From the human T2T-CHM13v2.0 reference genome, Homo sapiens: 64,000 nucleotides of DNA. The stretch lies in assembly GCF_009914755.1 (NCBI RefSeq), contig NC_060931.1; one strand, given 5' to 3'. Every line of letters starts with the position of its first letter. Positions within the stretch are counted from its first letter, which is position 1. The notes under the pieces were generated by a model, which did not search any database, was not told where the DNA came from, and saw only the letters and a program-made list of their open reading frames with translations. The translations under genes were made by a program, and so were the position numbers. This document shows, piece by piece, positions 12,501-26,949 of the stretch.

Positions 12501-14108
12501 GGGCAGAATTTCCTAAAGAAAGAGGCAACCTGTTGAGATTGCTTTAGTCACAGGAGAACATCATTTTAGAGGAAAATGGAGGAATTTGTGAATATTTCAG
12601 GAGCCTGTTAGTAGACTCTAACCTTGCTGGTAAGGATGGCTTATGTGGGAATGTCTTATGTGGTTTAAAAATCTTTATACAAGTTGATCTGGGTAGGTAT
12701 TTCTTTTTAGGAATAAAAATTTGCTCTTCTCTCTCTGAAAATCCAGTATGGTGGGAGATTTGTAGTTGACATTGTAAACTGTAGACACCAAAAGTGTCTA
12801 CTGCTTTCTAGGAAGAAGAGGAATCCATCCCAGTGCCAGGCATTTAAAATTAGAGTGATTACTAGAACTCTGCATGGTTGCATCTGCTTCATGTATTGAC
12901 ATTGTACCTTGGTCTTCCTTGGAGTAAGTGATAGTGGTGCTATAGACTTAAGAGCCCAGGTGACTGAGCCACCCTCTCTTCCCACCTGTCCTGATGGAAC
13001 AGTCTATCCCAGCCCATGCTCTTTCCTGTTGAGAGTGTTTGCTACCAGAGGCTGGTCCCTTATTTCAGCACGACTTAGACTTACTGCTTTTGTCTGAAGA
13101 GCTTTCTCTAAATTTGTTACTAGTAGAAATTAACTTGCAAAGGAGGATTTATAATGGAAAACTTTGATTAAACGGATCCAGTTCAAGTCTCGTTTCTGAA
13201 GATCTGCTAATTAGTTTTGGATGGAAATCTAGGCCAAAAATCACACAGGTATTTATCCAGCTTGACTCTAGAGCCTACAGGTTTCTGGAAATCAGAGCAT
13301 TTGAGACACGAATGTAATTTGGGATTTTACTGTCATAATGAAAAGACATGAACTTTGCTATGTGCTCTTTCATACATACTTTTGTTATAATATTTAGATG
13401 TCTGCTGGTACCTTGAACTAGTATTAAGAATGTCAGTTAAACCGTTTCTACCTCATACTTCAAAATTTCAAGTTTACCATGTTAATTGGGATTTCATTTG
13501 CTTTCGAAAAATTTTGTAGTCATGTGAAGGTTACAAGCTAAGGTATCAAATAAAATTCTTTATATTTTTTTCCTTTTTATGAATTTAAGTTGCATACTAC
13601 TTTTTCCCCTTGCCTAAAGTATAGAAATAAGAAAAACTGTAAGGAAAGATGGAGGGAATAAAAGATTGGCTTATGATCTCTCTTTGGAATATTGATTGAC
13701 TTGAATAAGAGTGAGATGCTAGTTTTAACATCAGGTAATTGAAGAACCCCAATCTAGGCTTGTCTGTGTTCAGGAATTACTCACGTATTGTATTGGAAGT
13801 ATTGGTTTGTAACTGGGATTGGTAAACCTGACACTAATATAATAATGAGTTATATGAAAGGTGTTTTGCTTTTGTTTTATCTTGAGCATTTGGAAACAGG
13901 TTTATTCGTGTTTTTCATTTTGTGTCTTTTGACTCTATACTTTGTTGCTGTGAGCCCTGAATGTTGGGAATAGTGAGCATAAACATCACTTAACTTCAGT
14001 GAGATACATCTTTGGAATGTTATGACCAGTAATAATTTTATCCTAAATGACATTTGTAATTTTAAATAAAAATTTAGTAAAAATTGACTATGAAAAGGAC
14101 ATAGCATA

Positions 14109-14604
14109 TGTATTAGGATTCTCTGGAGAGCAAGTACCAGTAGAATATATATGTGGGTAGATAAGAGGGGATTCATTCGGGGAATTTGTTCACATGATTA
14201 TGGGGGCTGAGAGGTCCCATAACAAGCCATCTGCAAGATGGAGACCCTGGGATTCACAGTATGGCTCAGACCAAGTCTGAAGGCCTGAGACTGGGGTAGT
14301 CCTCAAGTCCAAAGCCTAGAGAGCCTAGAGTTTAGATGATCAAGGGCAGGAAATTATATCCCAGCTCTAGGAGAGAGAGAGAGACCATTTCGCCTTTCCT
14401 CTGTTTTTGTTTTATCTGGACACCCGGCTGATTGCATGGTGCCTGCCCACATGGAGGGCAGATCCTTCCCTACTTAGTTCACTGAGACTCACATGCCAAT
14501 CTCCTCTGGAAACACCCTCACAAACACACCCAAAGGTAATGCTGTACCAGTTCTCTAGGTATTCTTTAATCCAGTCAAGTTGATACCCTAAATTAACCAA
14601 CACA
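14109..14604 (-). mobile_element. MLT2 (ERVL) solo LTR
   Basis: tgtattaggattctct... to ccagtcaagttgatacctaaattaaccaacaca; TSD gcata/gcaca. Confidence 0.9.
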
Positions 14605-15630
14605 GCACATTAACTACCACCTCATAAAATAAAACCTGCAGAGAGAAAATAAGCTGAATGGGAAAAGGAACTGCAATGAAAAGAATGGGCCATAATTCAG
14701 CTTGGGTGATCCTGATACCTACAGGAGTTGTTCCATAAAACAGTGACCTTTTATATTTCCCAAAGTAAGAAAATTTTATATGTGTATTTGTGCATGCAGA
14801 ACTTTATTAAGGGCCATTTAAATCCCATATATTGATAGAGGAGTTAAGAAAGATAAAGTGACAGGAGTGATTCTCAACTCTGGCTCCCATAAATTTCTAC
14901 AATGTCAGTGATTGAAGAATGAGGGAGCACATCTTTCCTTTAATAAGGCCTAGCCAGTACACTTTTGGTAGTTGATGAGGGTAGGACAGAACTCCCTTTC
15001 TTTATTTGAAACTGTGTATTTTTGTGCTGATTAAATTTTACATTTTTCCCTCTTGTGATGATATAAAGTTATCTGCATGTGGCCAGATCTCAGCTAAAGA
15101 ACATGAAATAAGCCTCTGTACATTCTGCATTCTAATCTCTGTTCACAGCAATCTTGTATCCACACAAGTCTGTACATGACAGGTAATGAGTGGGAAGTGG
15201 GAGGAGATGGGTGTCTGTGTGGTTTGCACTGGTGGTGGTGGGGAACTGAGCAGATGGTTGTGATAGCCACATGCTGCGTGATTCCCGTGGGAGTTGATGG
15301 TGGTGACAGGCGACTCACAATGTGCTATTTACAGTTTGGGTTTGCAGTCTTTCGGTGACATCTGAATGCTCTTTAGCAACTGCTTTCATTACTGCCTTTC
15401 GAGGAGCTGTTAATTGAAAATGAAATTGTGGGTGGGCTTTAAGACAGGCAGACGCAGGCAATTCTGTGTGGTAAATGTTGCTTGAGAACTGTTGGATGTC
15501 TTCATGCCCAATTTGTAATTCATTTTCTAAGACTGTAAAAGCCAAAGGTGCATTTGGAGATTCAGTTATGTATATACATAGGCAGAGTTGAATGTCACAC
15601 CTTGCCCAAAGGGTCAAACATACAGTTATT

Positions 15631-15925
15631 GGTATGGGTGCTGTGGTTCACGCCTGTAATCTCAGCACTTTGGGAGGCTAAGGTGGGAGGATTGCTTTGA
15701 GCACAGGAATTCAAGACCAGCCTGGGCAATATGATGAGACCTTGTCTCTAGAGAAATAAAAAAATTAGCTGGGCATGGTGACGCATGCCTGTTGTCCCAG
15801 TTTCTTGGGATGCTGAAGTGGGAGGATTGCAAGGGCCCAGGAAGTTAAGGCTGCAGTGAGCCATGTTCACGCAACTGCACCCCAGCCTGGGCAACAGAGC
15901 GAGGTCCTGTCTCCAAAAAAGAAAA
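15631..15925 (+). mobile_element. AluJ
   Basis: gggaggattgcttgag-type diagnostics in both arms; A tail. Confidence 0.92.
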
Positions 15926-16182
15926 CCACACAAAACACCTATTTGTCTGGAAACCAACCTAGGGGAATGCTTGGCAATCCCAGCTGCCTGCTCATGTCTT
16001 ACCTTTGTGTAGTTCTCTTTAAATGTATACAACTGTGTGAGGTTCTTATGTAAAATCTGCTGACATCTTGTAGTGTTCTCTGTGAGTTTATCGTAGGACT
16101 TCATCCTCCTTTCTTCCTTTAGCTCTTCATAAAGTTACTATGCAGGAGTAAATGGTTATTTGTTCTCTTGAACTTTGGGATA

Positions 16183-16504
16183 CATTTTTCCTTCCGTATC
16201 CAAGGAGGATTCTTTCCAGGACTCCCCATGGATACTAAAAGCTGTGGATGTTCAAGTTCCTTAAATAAAATGTTATAGTATTTTTATGTAACCAACACAC
16301 ATCCTCTCACAAACTTTAAATCATCTCTAAATTATTTATAATACCTAGTACAGTGTAAAAGCTATGCAATTTGTTATTATATTGCATTGTTTAGGCAATA
16401 ATTACAAGACAAAGAGCCTGTGCATGTTCAGTATATAAGCAACCATTGTAGGCCACATTTTTGGTCTGCCATTGGTTGGATCCATGGATACAGAGGGCCA
16501 ACTG
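16183..16504 (+). mobile_element. MER2 (TcMar-Tigger MITE)
   Basis: ttccaggactccccatggatactaaaa...tttaaatcatctctaaattatttataatacc...ggatacagagggccaactg; TA target duplication on both sides. Confidence 0.88.
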
Positions 16505-17664
16505 TATCATATTCAAGTTCTTACATATAACTTTGTTTCTTGTAAACATTTTCATATGATACAACTCTGTTAAAGGCAGTTGGAGCCCAGAGGCAAACAA
16601 GAGAAGAAGGAAGAGAGAGGGTGGATTTTATTGGACTTTGACAGTGGTTGATGATCTTGATTCTCTTATGGCTGCCCCCAGCTGCAGGATTGTGATTTGT
16701 TTCTTATCTTCAGAGTTGTTTGCTAAAGCATTAGTAGCATTACTGAAATGGTAGCTTTTGTAAATGTTTATATGTTGAATTGTTTTATTGCCCATAGCTT
16801 TGCACAGAAATCTTGTGCTGAACAAGGAATGACCTCCCTCTTGGAAGTGCTGTTAACTCTCTTTTTAATTAAATATGAATATAGATACAATATAACTGCA
16901 TTTTTTTAGTTTTCCCTTGAACATTTCAGTGAATACTATCTGGGACAAAACCGTGCTGAATTATACGCTTTCACTACTATCACTCTTTGCTCTTAGAGAG
17001 CCCCCGAGGCTTGGGGTGAGGAGACACACCCCTTGCTGTACTTAACCCTCAGTCCCATTAGACCTGCTTTGCCACAGGAACCCAGCTGTTTTAATGCATT
17101 TGAGTTGCTGTTGGGTCCTAATGATGTTTAAAAGAACCTGTCTTGGTATTCTAAATGAACTCTGGAGCATTGCCTATTGATGCAAGTGTTGATGATTTTA
17201 TATCAGGCAGATATAACTTTGTTATTTACTCTGGGGCTTTTTACACCTAGGGGTGTGCATCCTCACACCAGTGCTCACAAAGACACACACAGGAGCAGAA
17301 ACCAAAATAGCTCACAAATGTGGGCAAGTCCTGTGGGGGACCACCTTATGTCTCTCAGGAGGCCTGATGAGCTGTGCCATGTGGCCTTCTGGAACATTAT
17401 ACCTGCATTCATTGATCACAGCTCTGCAGAAGCTGCCACTTCTCCTATGTGCCTGCCTGCAGTGACGCTGATGTAGCAGGTCATTCTGTAATCACTGTTT
17501 GCACCTGCATTTGCTCAGGAAGTGTTTGCTCATACATCTTGAAATCATGTATTACAAACCTGGACAGGTCCTAATTGCTGGTGATGGTTCTGAGAGGTTG
17601 AGATTGGCTATAATTAGATGGAGAAGCAATTAGCTACATATTCTGAGTAGGGAACATACAGAAT

Positions 17665-17830
17665 AATGTTTCTCAAAGGGTGGTCTTTGAACCCCTATGT
17701 CAGAGCAACTGTGGATCTTTTGTTAAAATGCAGATTCCCAGGTAATCACCTTGGCATAGTCCATTGGGTGGGGGTCAGGGTGTGGCAACAAGGAACTGGA
17801 GTTCCTTCAGTGACTCCAGTACAGGTGCTG
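17665..17830. mobile_element. MER5-type (hAT-Charlie) fragment
   Basis: tgtttctcaaag...ttgttaaaatgcagattcccagg. Confidence 0.6.
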
Positions 17831-19225
17831 CAGGAGCCATATTTTTAAATAAACTGTACTTATTTTTTATTTTCAATTAAAAATTGCAATATTGTTAGCA
17901 AAACTTGGGAAGAATCATAAAATTGTAACAACATATCTTGCGGAAATTAATTTTATCAATAATTGGATCATATTTTTGTTCTGTACATTTACTAATTGAG
18001 TTATCTTCCAAAATGTATTGGCAAGAAAGAAATGTTTCTGCCAGATGATGTAGACATTATATAACAAAAAATGATGTTTTCAAAATAGCTACTTTTTCTA
18101 GGTGTTTACTAGAATGGACCTGATAGAATAATTGTATTCTAGTATTCTCTCCTTAGGCCCACTGGCTCACTCAAATAATAGCTGTTTATAAAGATGCTAA
18201 CCGGAGTTTTTTATTTTTCATTTTTTTAAAGTTCTAATTTCTTGTTTTTTCCCATCTGTAGACAATGATGATGAGCTCTTAAGGTTTATACATTTTTTGA
18301 ACCCTTCAAATTACAAAAGTTGGTGATATTTGGTACTGGGGGTCAAGTGTGAAAGAAATCTGAAAATATTGCCCATATCAGTGGAGACTAAAGGCCATTT
18401 GTTATTTTCTTCATTACCAGCAAAGCTTCAGTTTAATAAAAATATTATAATTGAATTTACGATTTTGATTCCACAAATTCAAAAAGAAATATTTTCCTTT
18501 CTAAAGCCAAACAGAATAAAAATTCTCATAAGAATTTTTGTTTAAATAGCAAAACCTATTCTTAGGATTTAACAATTGCCTGAGGTTTGTCAACAGTAGG
18601 TAGCATTCTTTTTTTATATATTGCTATGAGGCCAAAAATGCTATTTTCCTGGAGATTAGTGCAAAATAATCTACCGAATAGTTGCTAATGAAATTATCAT
18701 ATGAGAAAGATTATTAATAATGACTTTTGATTTTAAAAAATACTATCATCAAATTTTCCTAAGAAATGATGATGAGAAAAGCAGTTTTGAAATACAAAGC
18801 TGGGTGGTAGTGGGCCTGGTGTGCACTGCTGGAAGGTTGCATGGTACTTTGTGAAACTTCAGCAGCCCACTTGCATAATTTATCATTACCTGTCCCCTAC
18901 CTCTCTCTACTTAATTCTGAATCTGTATTTCTCAGATAAACATGGCAGTAGGAAGGATAGGGAAAGGTGTTGAGGGGATGTGATTATATGGATGTTTTTG
19001 AAGGGGAGTATATTGGTGTCATGGGATCCTTGGGATGTCATCTTGCCAGCTGGAATCCTCTGTGGCAGGGGTACCTTCTCTCTGAGTATTGCTCATGCTC
19101 ACTGGGCACTGGGCTTGTTCTGCCCAGTTGGCCCAGCAGGCTGCACTTGGCTCATGCTACTGGCCCAGATCCCACACCTGCCAAGGGCGAGCCAGGCGTA
19201 GAGTGGCAAGGGGTGTGTGGGTGAG

Positions 19226-19912
19226 TATATTAGTTCTTTTCCACGCTGCCAATAGACACATACCCAAGACTGGGCAATTTATAAAAAAAGAGGTTTAATG
19301 GACTTACACTTCCACATGGCTGGGGAGGCCTCACAATCATGGCAGAAGGCAATGAGTAGCAGGTCACATCTTACGTGGATGGTGGCAGGCAAATAGAGCA
19401 TTTGTGCAGGGAAACACCTGTTTTTATTTTATTATTTTATTTTTTATTTCTTTGAGACGGAGTCTTGCTATGTCACCCAGGCTGGAGTGTAGTGGTGTGA
19501 TCTCAGCTCACTGCAACCTCTGCCTCCTGGTTTAAGCGATCCTCCTGCCTCAGCCTACCAAGTAGCTGGGACTACAGGCACCTGCCACCACGCCCAGCGA
19601 ATTTTTGTATTTTTAGTAGAGGCAGGGTTTCACTTTGTTGACCAGGCTAGTCTTGAACTCCTGACCTCGTGATCCGCCCGCCTCGGCCTCTCAAAGTGCT
19701 GGGATTACAGGCGTGAGCCACTGCACCTGGCCTGAAACTCCTGTTTTTAAAACCATCAGATCTCTTGAGAGTTACTCATTATCACGAGAACAGCATGGGA
19801 AAGACCCCCATGATTCATTTGCCTCCCACTGGGTTCTTCCCATGACATGTGGGAATTCTGGGAGTTACAATTCAAGATCAGATTTGGGTGGGGCTACAGC
19901 CAAGCCATATCA
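19226..19912 (-). mobile_element. THE1B-type (MaLR) solo LTR inside MER52
   Basis: catacccaagactgggcaatttataaa..ggctggggaggcctcacaatcatggcagaagg..gatttgggtggggctacagccaagccatatca; perfect TSD gtgag at 19221-19225 and 19913-19917. Confidence 0.92.
19427..19732 (-). mobile_element. AluS (Sg-like) inside THE1B
   Basis: Full Alu; TSD gaaac(a/t)cctgttttta at 19411-19426 and 19734-19749. Confidence 0.95.
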
Positions 19913-22097
19913 GTGAGTGAGCCTGGGGTATGGCCACTGCTCACAGCCAGGCATGCCTGCTGCTGCGGCAGGGTGGGCAGCCCCAGGCACCAGAACAGGT
20001 GCTGGCTCCATGCAAGGCTGTGGCTGGACAAGATGTACTGCATGTGGCTTCCACTGTGGGCACCCCTGTCTGGATGAGGGCAACAAGGTGGCACCCAGAA
20101 GCTTGGAGATACCAGGAACCACAGAGCCCCAAAGAGGGTGTCACAGCCCTGCCTCAGGGAGCCCCTAGGTCTGGGCTCCCTAAAGGGCCGCAGCTCTTCT
20201 CTCCTTCTCATTAACTGCAACGTGGCGAGCAGGGGGGAAAGTGTGTTTCAGCCCTGTTTGTGTTACAGCTCATCAGTGCTGCCATTCAACAGGTCTCGAG
20301 TTCATGTCCCATGCCTAGGAAGAATGAGGTACAGCAGACAACTGGAGTGTGAGCAAGGCAGAGAGGAGCTTTATTTGATCCACAGAACAGCTCCCAGGAG
20401 ACCTCAAGTGGGTAACTCCTTTCCACAGGCAGGTCATCCCTATGAGTGTCCAGCTCTCAGTGGAGAGGCGAGCCGCAGTGGTAGCTCCTTTCTGCAGCTG
20501 GTAGTCCGATGTCTGTTTGAGCCTGGCTGAGTCTCGGGTTTTTATGTGCTTAGAAGGGAAGAAGTACATGTTGATTGGTCCATGGGCAGGCCTGGAAAAA
20601 GCACCATCCGATTGGCCAAATGGTCATCAATGAAGTCTTCACTCTGGGCGGCAGACTCCACCGGGAACTGGCACCCTGGCCGCTAGGCTTCAGGTTGTCC
20701 CTGGCTTGAAGGTGGAATTTCACTGGGGACCTGTCCCTTTCTGCCCTGAAACCTGTCTGCCTCCCACCATCAATGTGCCATCCATGGCACTCAGGCTGTT
20801 GATGCCAAGGGACACCTGTAGGCCCACGCTGAGCCACCTTCAGTCCTACCTTGGCCTCCCTCTTGTGCTCATGGGTGCCCAAAATCTGGAGGGGGTGCTG
20901 AGGTGGCAGGGGGCTGGCGTGTCAATGCCACCCGAGTGCATGCATGCCTGGCCAGGTTGTGACAGCACTCAGGCTTAGCCTCAATTTTCCTCTGAAATCA
21001 GAGTGGGCTCCAGGTATGGGGAGAAGCCAGGTATGGGGAGAGGCCAGGTAGCGAGAGTAGGCACTTCCAAGACTGCTCGGGCAGGGGCACTTCCCCAGGC
21101 GCCTGAGAGCTCAGGGATGCCTGGGTCTGGAGCCACAGCTGGGCAGCTGCATGTGTGCCCAGGAGCATGAATCTCCCTCTCTGCCAACTCAGTGGAGGGT
21201 GGGGCTCCTGCCTGTTCCTGGCCCCAGCCGGCTCCTCAGAGCATACAGCCCCGGCTGCAGCCAGCATCTTGGCAGCGGCTGCTCCAGACAGGCTGCCACT
21301 GCCATCACTGGGACCATGTAGGGAGTATATTAGGGCTGCCCCATGGTTCTCCAGATAGACTAAGGAGACAAATTGACATAGTACAGTATTAGAAGGAAAG
21401 AATATGGAGTTTAAAAACCGTTTTCATGGTCATTCTGCCCCTGCTCTTCTCTTCCCCCTTTCAAACTGAGCAGACCCATATTTCTCCTTTCATCTCTGTC
21501 CTTGAGCCTACCTTCAGCTCTTTGGCTTTCATTTTACTCCCTCCTTCCACCCAGTGTCTTTTGCTAGCTTCTTGACCCAGCCAGGATTGCATGGGACATC
21601 ACTTAGATCTGCTCTCAGAGTCACAAAATGCCTTTGCTTCCTGTTTCCTTGTTCCTTTTACTGTGCTGGTTCTTTTCGGTAAACTTTTAGATTTATCATC
21701 TCTAGATTAGTGCAGCATTATTTAGCTCATTGCTATTGTACTCTGGTTTAAAAAATTTCAGTGACCATCCACAGCCATCTAAATAAGATTGAAGCCTCTT
21801 AGTATAGGACATTTTAGGCCCTGACTAATCCTGCTGCAATGTACCTTCCCAGTTGCCTTTCCCACTCTCTGTAAACACCAAGCTGCAACTACAACTGCTA
21901 TTTGGATGAACCCTGTGTTTTCTCCACATTCCTGTGCCTGTGCTTTGGCTATTTTCTTTGTTTAGAATATTCTTTTTTGACATATTTGTCTTCCATTGAC
22001 TAGTTCAGACCCACTTCTTCCTTGAAGTTTTTATGATCTTTTTCCTTGTAAGTAATTGCATTGTCTTCCCAACTCTTATGATCCTTTGTTTATAACA

Positions 22098-22227
22098 AGG
22101 GTCACCCCAGAATTTATCAGCTAATTTAGGACATTACTGGGAATGAAAGGGGGAACCATTAATAATTACCTTGGAACAATAAGCATTAATCAGGACTTCC
22201 TGAAAAACTGGGATATATAGTCACTCT
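22098..22227. mobile_element. MER94-like hAT-Blackjack MITE
   Basis: TIR-like agggtcacc ... agtcactct; internal tgaaagggggaaccattaataattac; ~130 bp. Confidence 0.65.
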
Positions 22228-22469
22228 GTAATTCACTTTTGGCCTTTTTCATACCATACTCTGTTTTGAGTTGGAGGTATACATTTTCTTCTTTCCACTG
22301 AAATGTTGAGCTCCTCGAGGACCTCACTGTGTGACACAGCAAGGGGCCTAGGCTTATGTCACATATTGGGAAACAACACCCTTAAAACCACTGCTATCCT
22401 TTACTCGAGGATACCCTTCTCATATTTATAGTTTCCATTCATGTCTCTTTCCAGTCTTTTCTCCATATG

Positions 22470-23055
22470 CTAGCCAGAGTGATCTTTTAAAAATATACAT
22501 ATGATCATATTATTCCCACAAGTAAATCCTCTCAACTGCTTCTCAGGGTATTCAGATTGAAAATCAGACTCCCATCATCTGCAGTGCCCAGTTATCCAGT
22601 GCTGTTTCTTCAGCTTCATGTCATGCTTCCCTTGCTTACTGGCTCCAGCTCCCGACCTTCCATTCCCTCCCACATGCCAAGTTCCTTCGTACCCTGGACA
22701 CCTTATGCTATCCTCTTTGGAAGAAATGGTTCCCCCTCTGTTTTTTGAATGATGAGATCCTTCTAGTCCTTTAGGCTTGAACTGAAATGTCATCTTTCAT
22801 AGGGGCTTTTCTCGACCATATGGTTTATTTAACTCAGGATCTGCCATTTGTCTTCTGTGTTTTGCACTCACCTTTTTAACTTCCTAACACCACATTTATA
22901 ATTATAGATTTTTCTTTCTATGTCCTTCCTTATGTCTGCACCTTCTGCTGCACTCCAAGCTCTACTGAGGAGAGATATCACCTCCACCACAGTGTTTGTA
23001 GCACATTGCCTGGCACACAGAAGGTGGCACTCAATAATTAAAGTTGAGTGGTTTG
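22470..23055 (+). mobile_element. L2 fragment
   Basis: ccagagtgatcttttaaaa...tgcctggcacacag..ctcaataa. Confidence 0.7.
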
Positions 23056-23132
23056 AATAATTTTTGCAATGGATGACATTGCTAATTCCACACTCCTGTT
23101 ACATTCCAACTTTAATTGGCTACAAAAAAAAG

Positions 23133-23162
23133 CACACACACAGACACAGACACACACACACA

Positions 23163-23204
<42 letters not shown>
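23133..23204 (+). repeat. Interrupted (CA)n/(CAGA) microsatellite
   Basis: Directly visible. Confidence 0.97.
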
Positions 23205-23208
<4 letters not shown>

Positions 23209-24533
23209 ATCCAGACCCCAATACAGTATGACTGTTGTCTTCTCTCTCTGGGGATATGCAATGTAAAATAAGATACTGATGAGCGCATGCTGCACACCAA
23301 GCAAAAATTTATCCCAAGCAACCCCTGCGCCCTGCGTGGACCGTGTCTGCTGTTCTCCCATGGAATCTATCAGCAGTTTGTCTTCCCAGGGTTGTAGCCT
23401 GTCAGGATGGTAGAATTGCTAGTGCAGCCAGGAAAAGCTGACCTAGGAAAACCATAGCCTTCCATCTTTTTAGAGGTAATCCAAAAGAGACTAGACAAGC
23501 AGAAAGACGGAGAGGAAAGTTGGTGGGAGTGAGGTGAAATTCACTGAGTACTCTTTTATATGCAAATATTTGTGTGGGGCTCTACTTTTTTACCATGAGT
23601 ACAAACTCTTTTTAGTATCAATGCATGAATAGCGTGTCTTTTCACTGAAAAATTATTGTCCCACGTGCCCTCGGTTTAAAATGTTTTGATCTTAGAAAAC
23701 AGTTTATTTCCTTTTAAAGTGGCCCAATTAATTCATTTTCCACATATTTGCTCATTGAGCAAACATCAACTGAACATCGTTTGTGTGCAAACCTTATACA
23801 AGAAACTCTGACATAACAGGGAGGATATGTTTAATGATAACTCTGCCCATGATGTGTTTATGGCTTGCTAGATCCATTCTGACCCACCTATTGTGAAGAG
23901 TTCATGGAGAGCTCTTAACAACAAGTGAGGCTGAGGCTGGCAGATTAAATGCAGTTCAAAGGGAGACAAGGTTGAACATCTCCTAGAGAGGGAATACCTT
24001 CAGAGATACATATTAAAGTTCTTTAAAATTGTTTCTTTCTTATTGTGCCATTTTTGTTGACCTCCCTTCTGTCCTTTTAAGAAACTTTTGAGAAAAATGC
24101 ATTATTCTACCGAAAGCATCGGCAAATGTTGGAAATAGTATTTTGTGTATCAGTTTTCTTGGCTGCTTATTTTTAAAAATAAAGGCTTAAATAAGGTTCG
24201 CACATTTTTCACTCAGGTGCAATTTACTGGGAATTACCTGGCGCATTGGTTTTATGCTTAATATTTACAGATTATTAAAATCTCAGTGGCTTTCAAACTG
24301 CATGGACCAAGAAAATAGGTGTATTTTCTAGAAATGGTTTTGCTTATGGACACTGACCCACTTTGAAACGACTTACTCTTGGAACTCTTAGTACAGGAAA
24401 GTCTTATGTTTCTGTCTAGAGGTGGAACTGTTTATGATAAATAGAAATAGCTTTCCTTTTCTATCATTTCTGTTTTCTTGGAAGTAGATTATTTTTGATG
24501 CAAGTAGACCTTCAGAATTTGAATAGAAATTTT

Positions 24534-24827
24534 TATTTATTTATTTATTTATTGAGACGGAGTCTCACTCTATCACCAAGGCTGGTGTGCAGTGGTGTGA
24601 TCTTGGCTCACTGTACCCTCTGCCCCCCGGGCTTAAGTGATCCTTCCACCTCAGCCTCCTGAGTAGCTGGGACTACAGGCGCACACCACCACACCTAGCT
24701 AATTTTTTGAAGAGATGGGGTTTTGCCGTGGTGCCCAGGCTGGTCTCGAGCTCTTGAGCTCAAGCAATTCTCTTGCCTTGGCCTCCCAAAGTGCTGGGAT
24801 TACAGGCGTGAGCCACCGTGCCTGGCC
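24534..24827 (-). mobile_element. AluJ
   Basis: (TTTA)n tail; TSD tttgaata(g/a)aaattt. Confidence 0.93.
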
Positions 24828-25099
24828 TTTTGAATAAAAATTTAGACTTCAGATTTATATAGTGAGTATACTGATGGGAGATTGAACAATTACGTGATCT
24901 CAGGAGTAGATTATAGAGCTGTTTCTAATTTACTATCAAGTTATTTTTTTCCCAAAAGATAATTTATAAACTGCTTTTTTGTTTGTGGAAATCCTGTTTG
25001 TTAGGAAGTGTTACAAATGGTAGTTTCCCAGTGAATTTATCAAAATGCTGTTTATTCAATAACATTCACTCCTCCAAGGATACTACTCACTGTCCCTTG

Positions 25100-26054
<955 letters not shown>

Positions 26055-26324
26055 GCCCACACATTTTAATGCCTTTCAGAGCATTCCCTTTTTTTTTCTT
26101 TTTTTTTTTTTTTGGTGCTTCCTAATCCCATGCCCCTATCACATCAGACTTAATCTATTTTCTATAATGTCTTCCTTCACCCACTCCTACAAATCTGAAT
26201 TTTTTTTTTCCTTCAGTGAGTCTGATCTTAGTTACATGTGAGAAATGTAGTCCTACTAAATCAGAAATGGACTATACTACCTCTTAGAATAACATCTCTT
26301 GAAAGGGATCCCCTATAGCTTTAA

Positions 26325-26949
<625 letters not shown>

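Larger units (their letters stand above)
19017..21307 (-). mobile_element. MER52 (ERV1) solo LTR, interrupted by THE1B and Alu
   Basis: Starts tgtcatgggatccttggg and ends ctccagacaggctgccactgccatca; GC-rich ~1.6 kb net; 4-bp near-TSD ttgg/ctgg. Confidence 0.88.

Noticed and set aside
19847-21392. Dense overlapping ORFs (also 36257-37866)
   Set aside because: They lie within GC-rich, stop-poor MER52 LTRs and show no gag/pol/env or other protein motifs.
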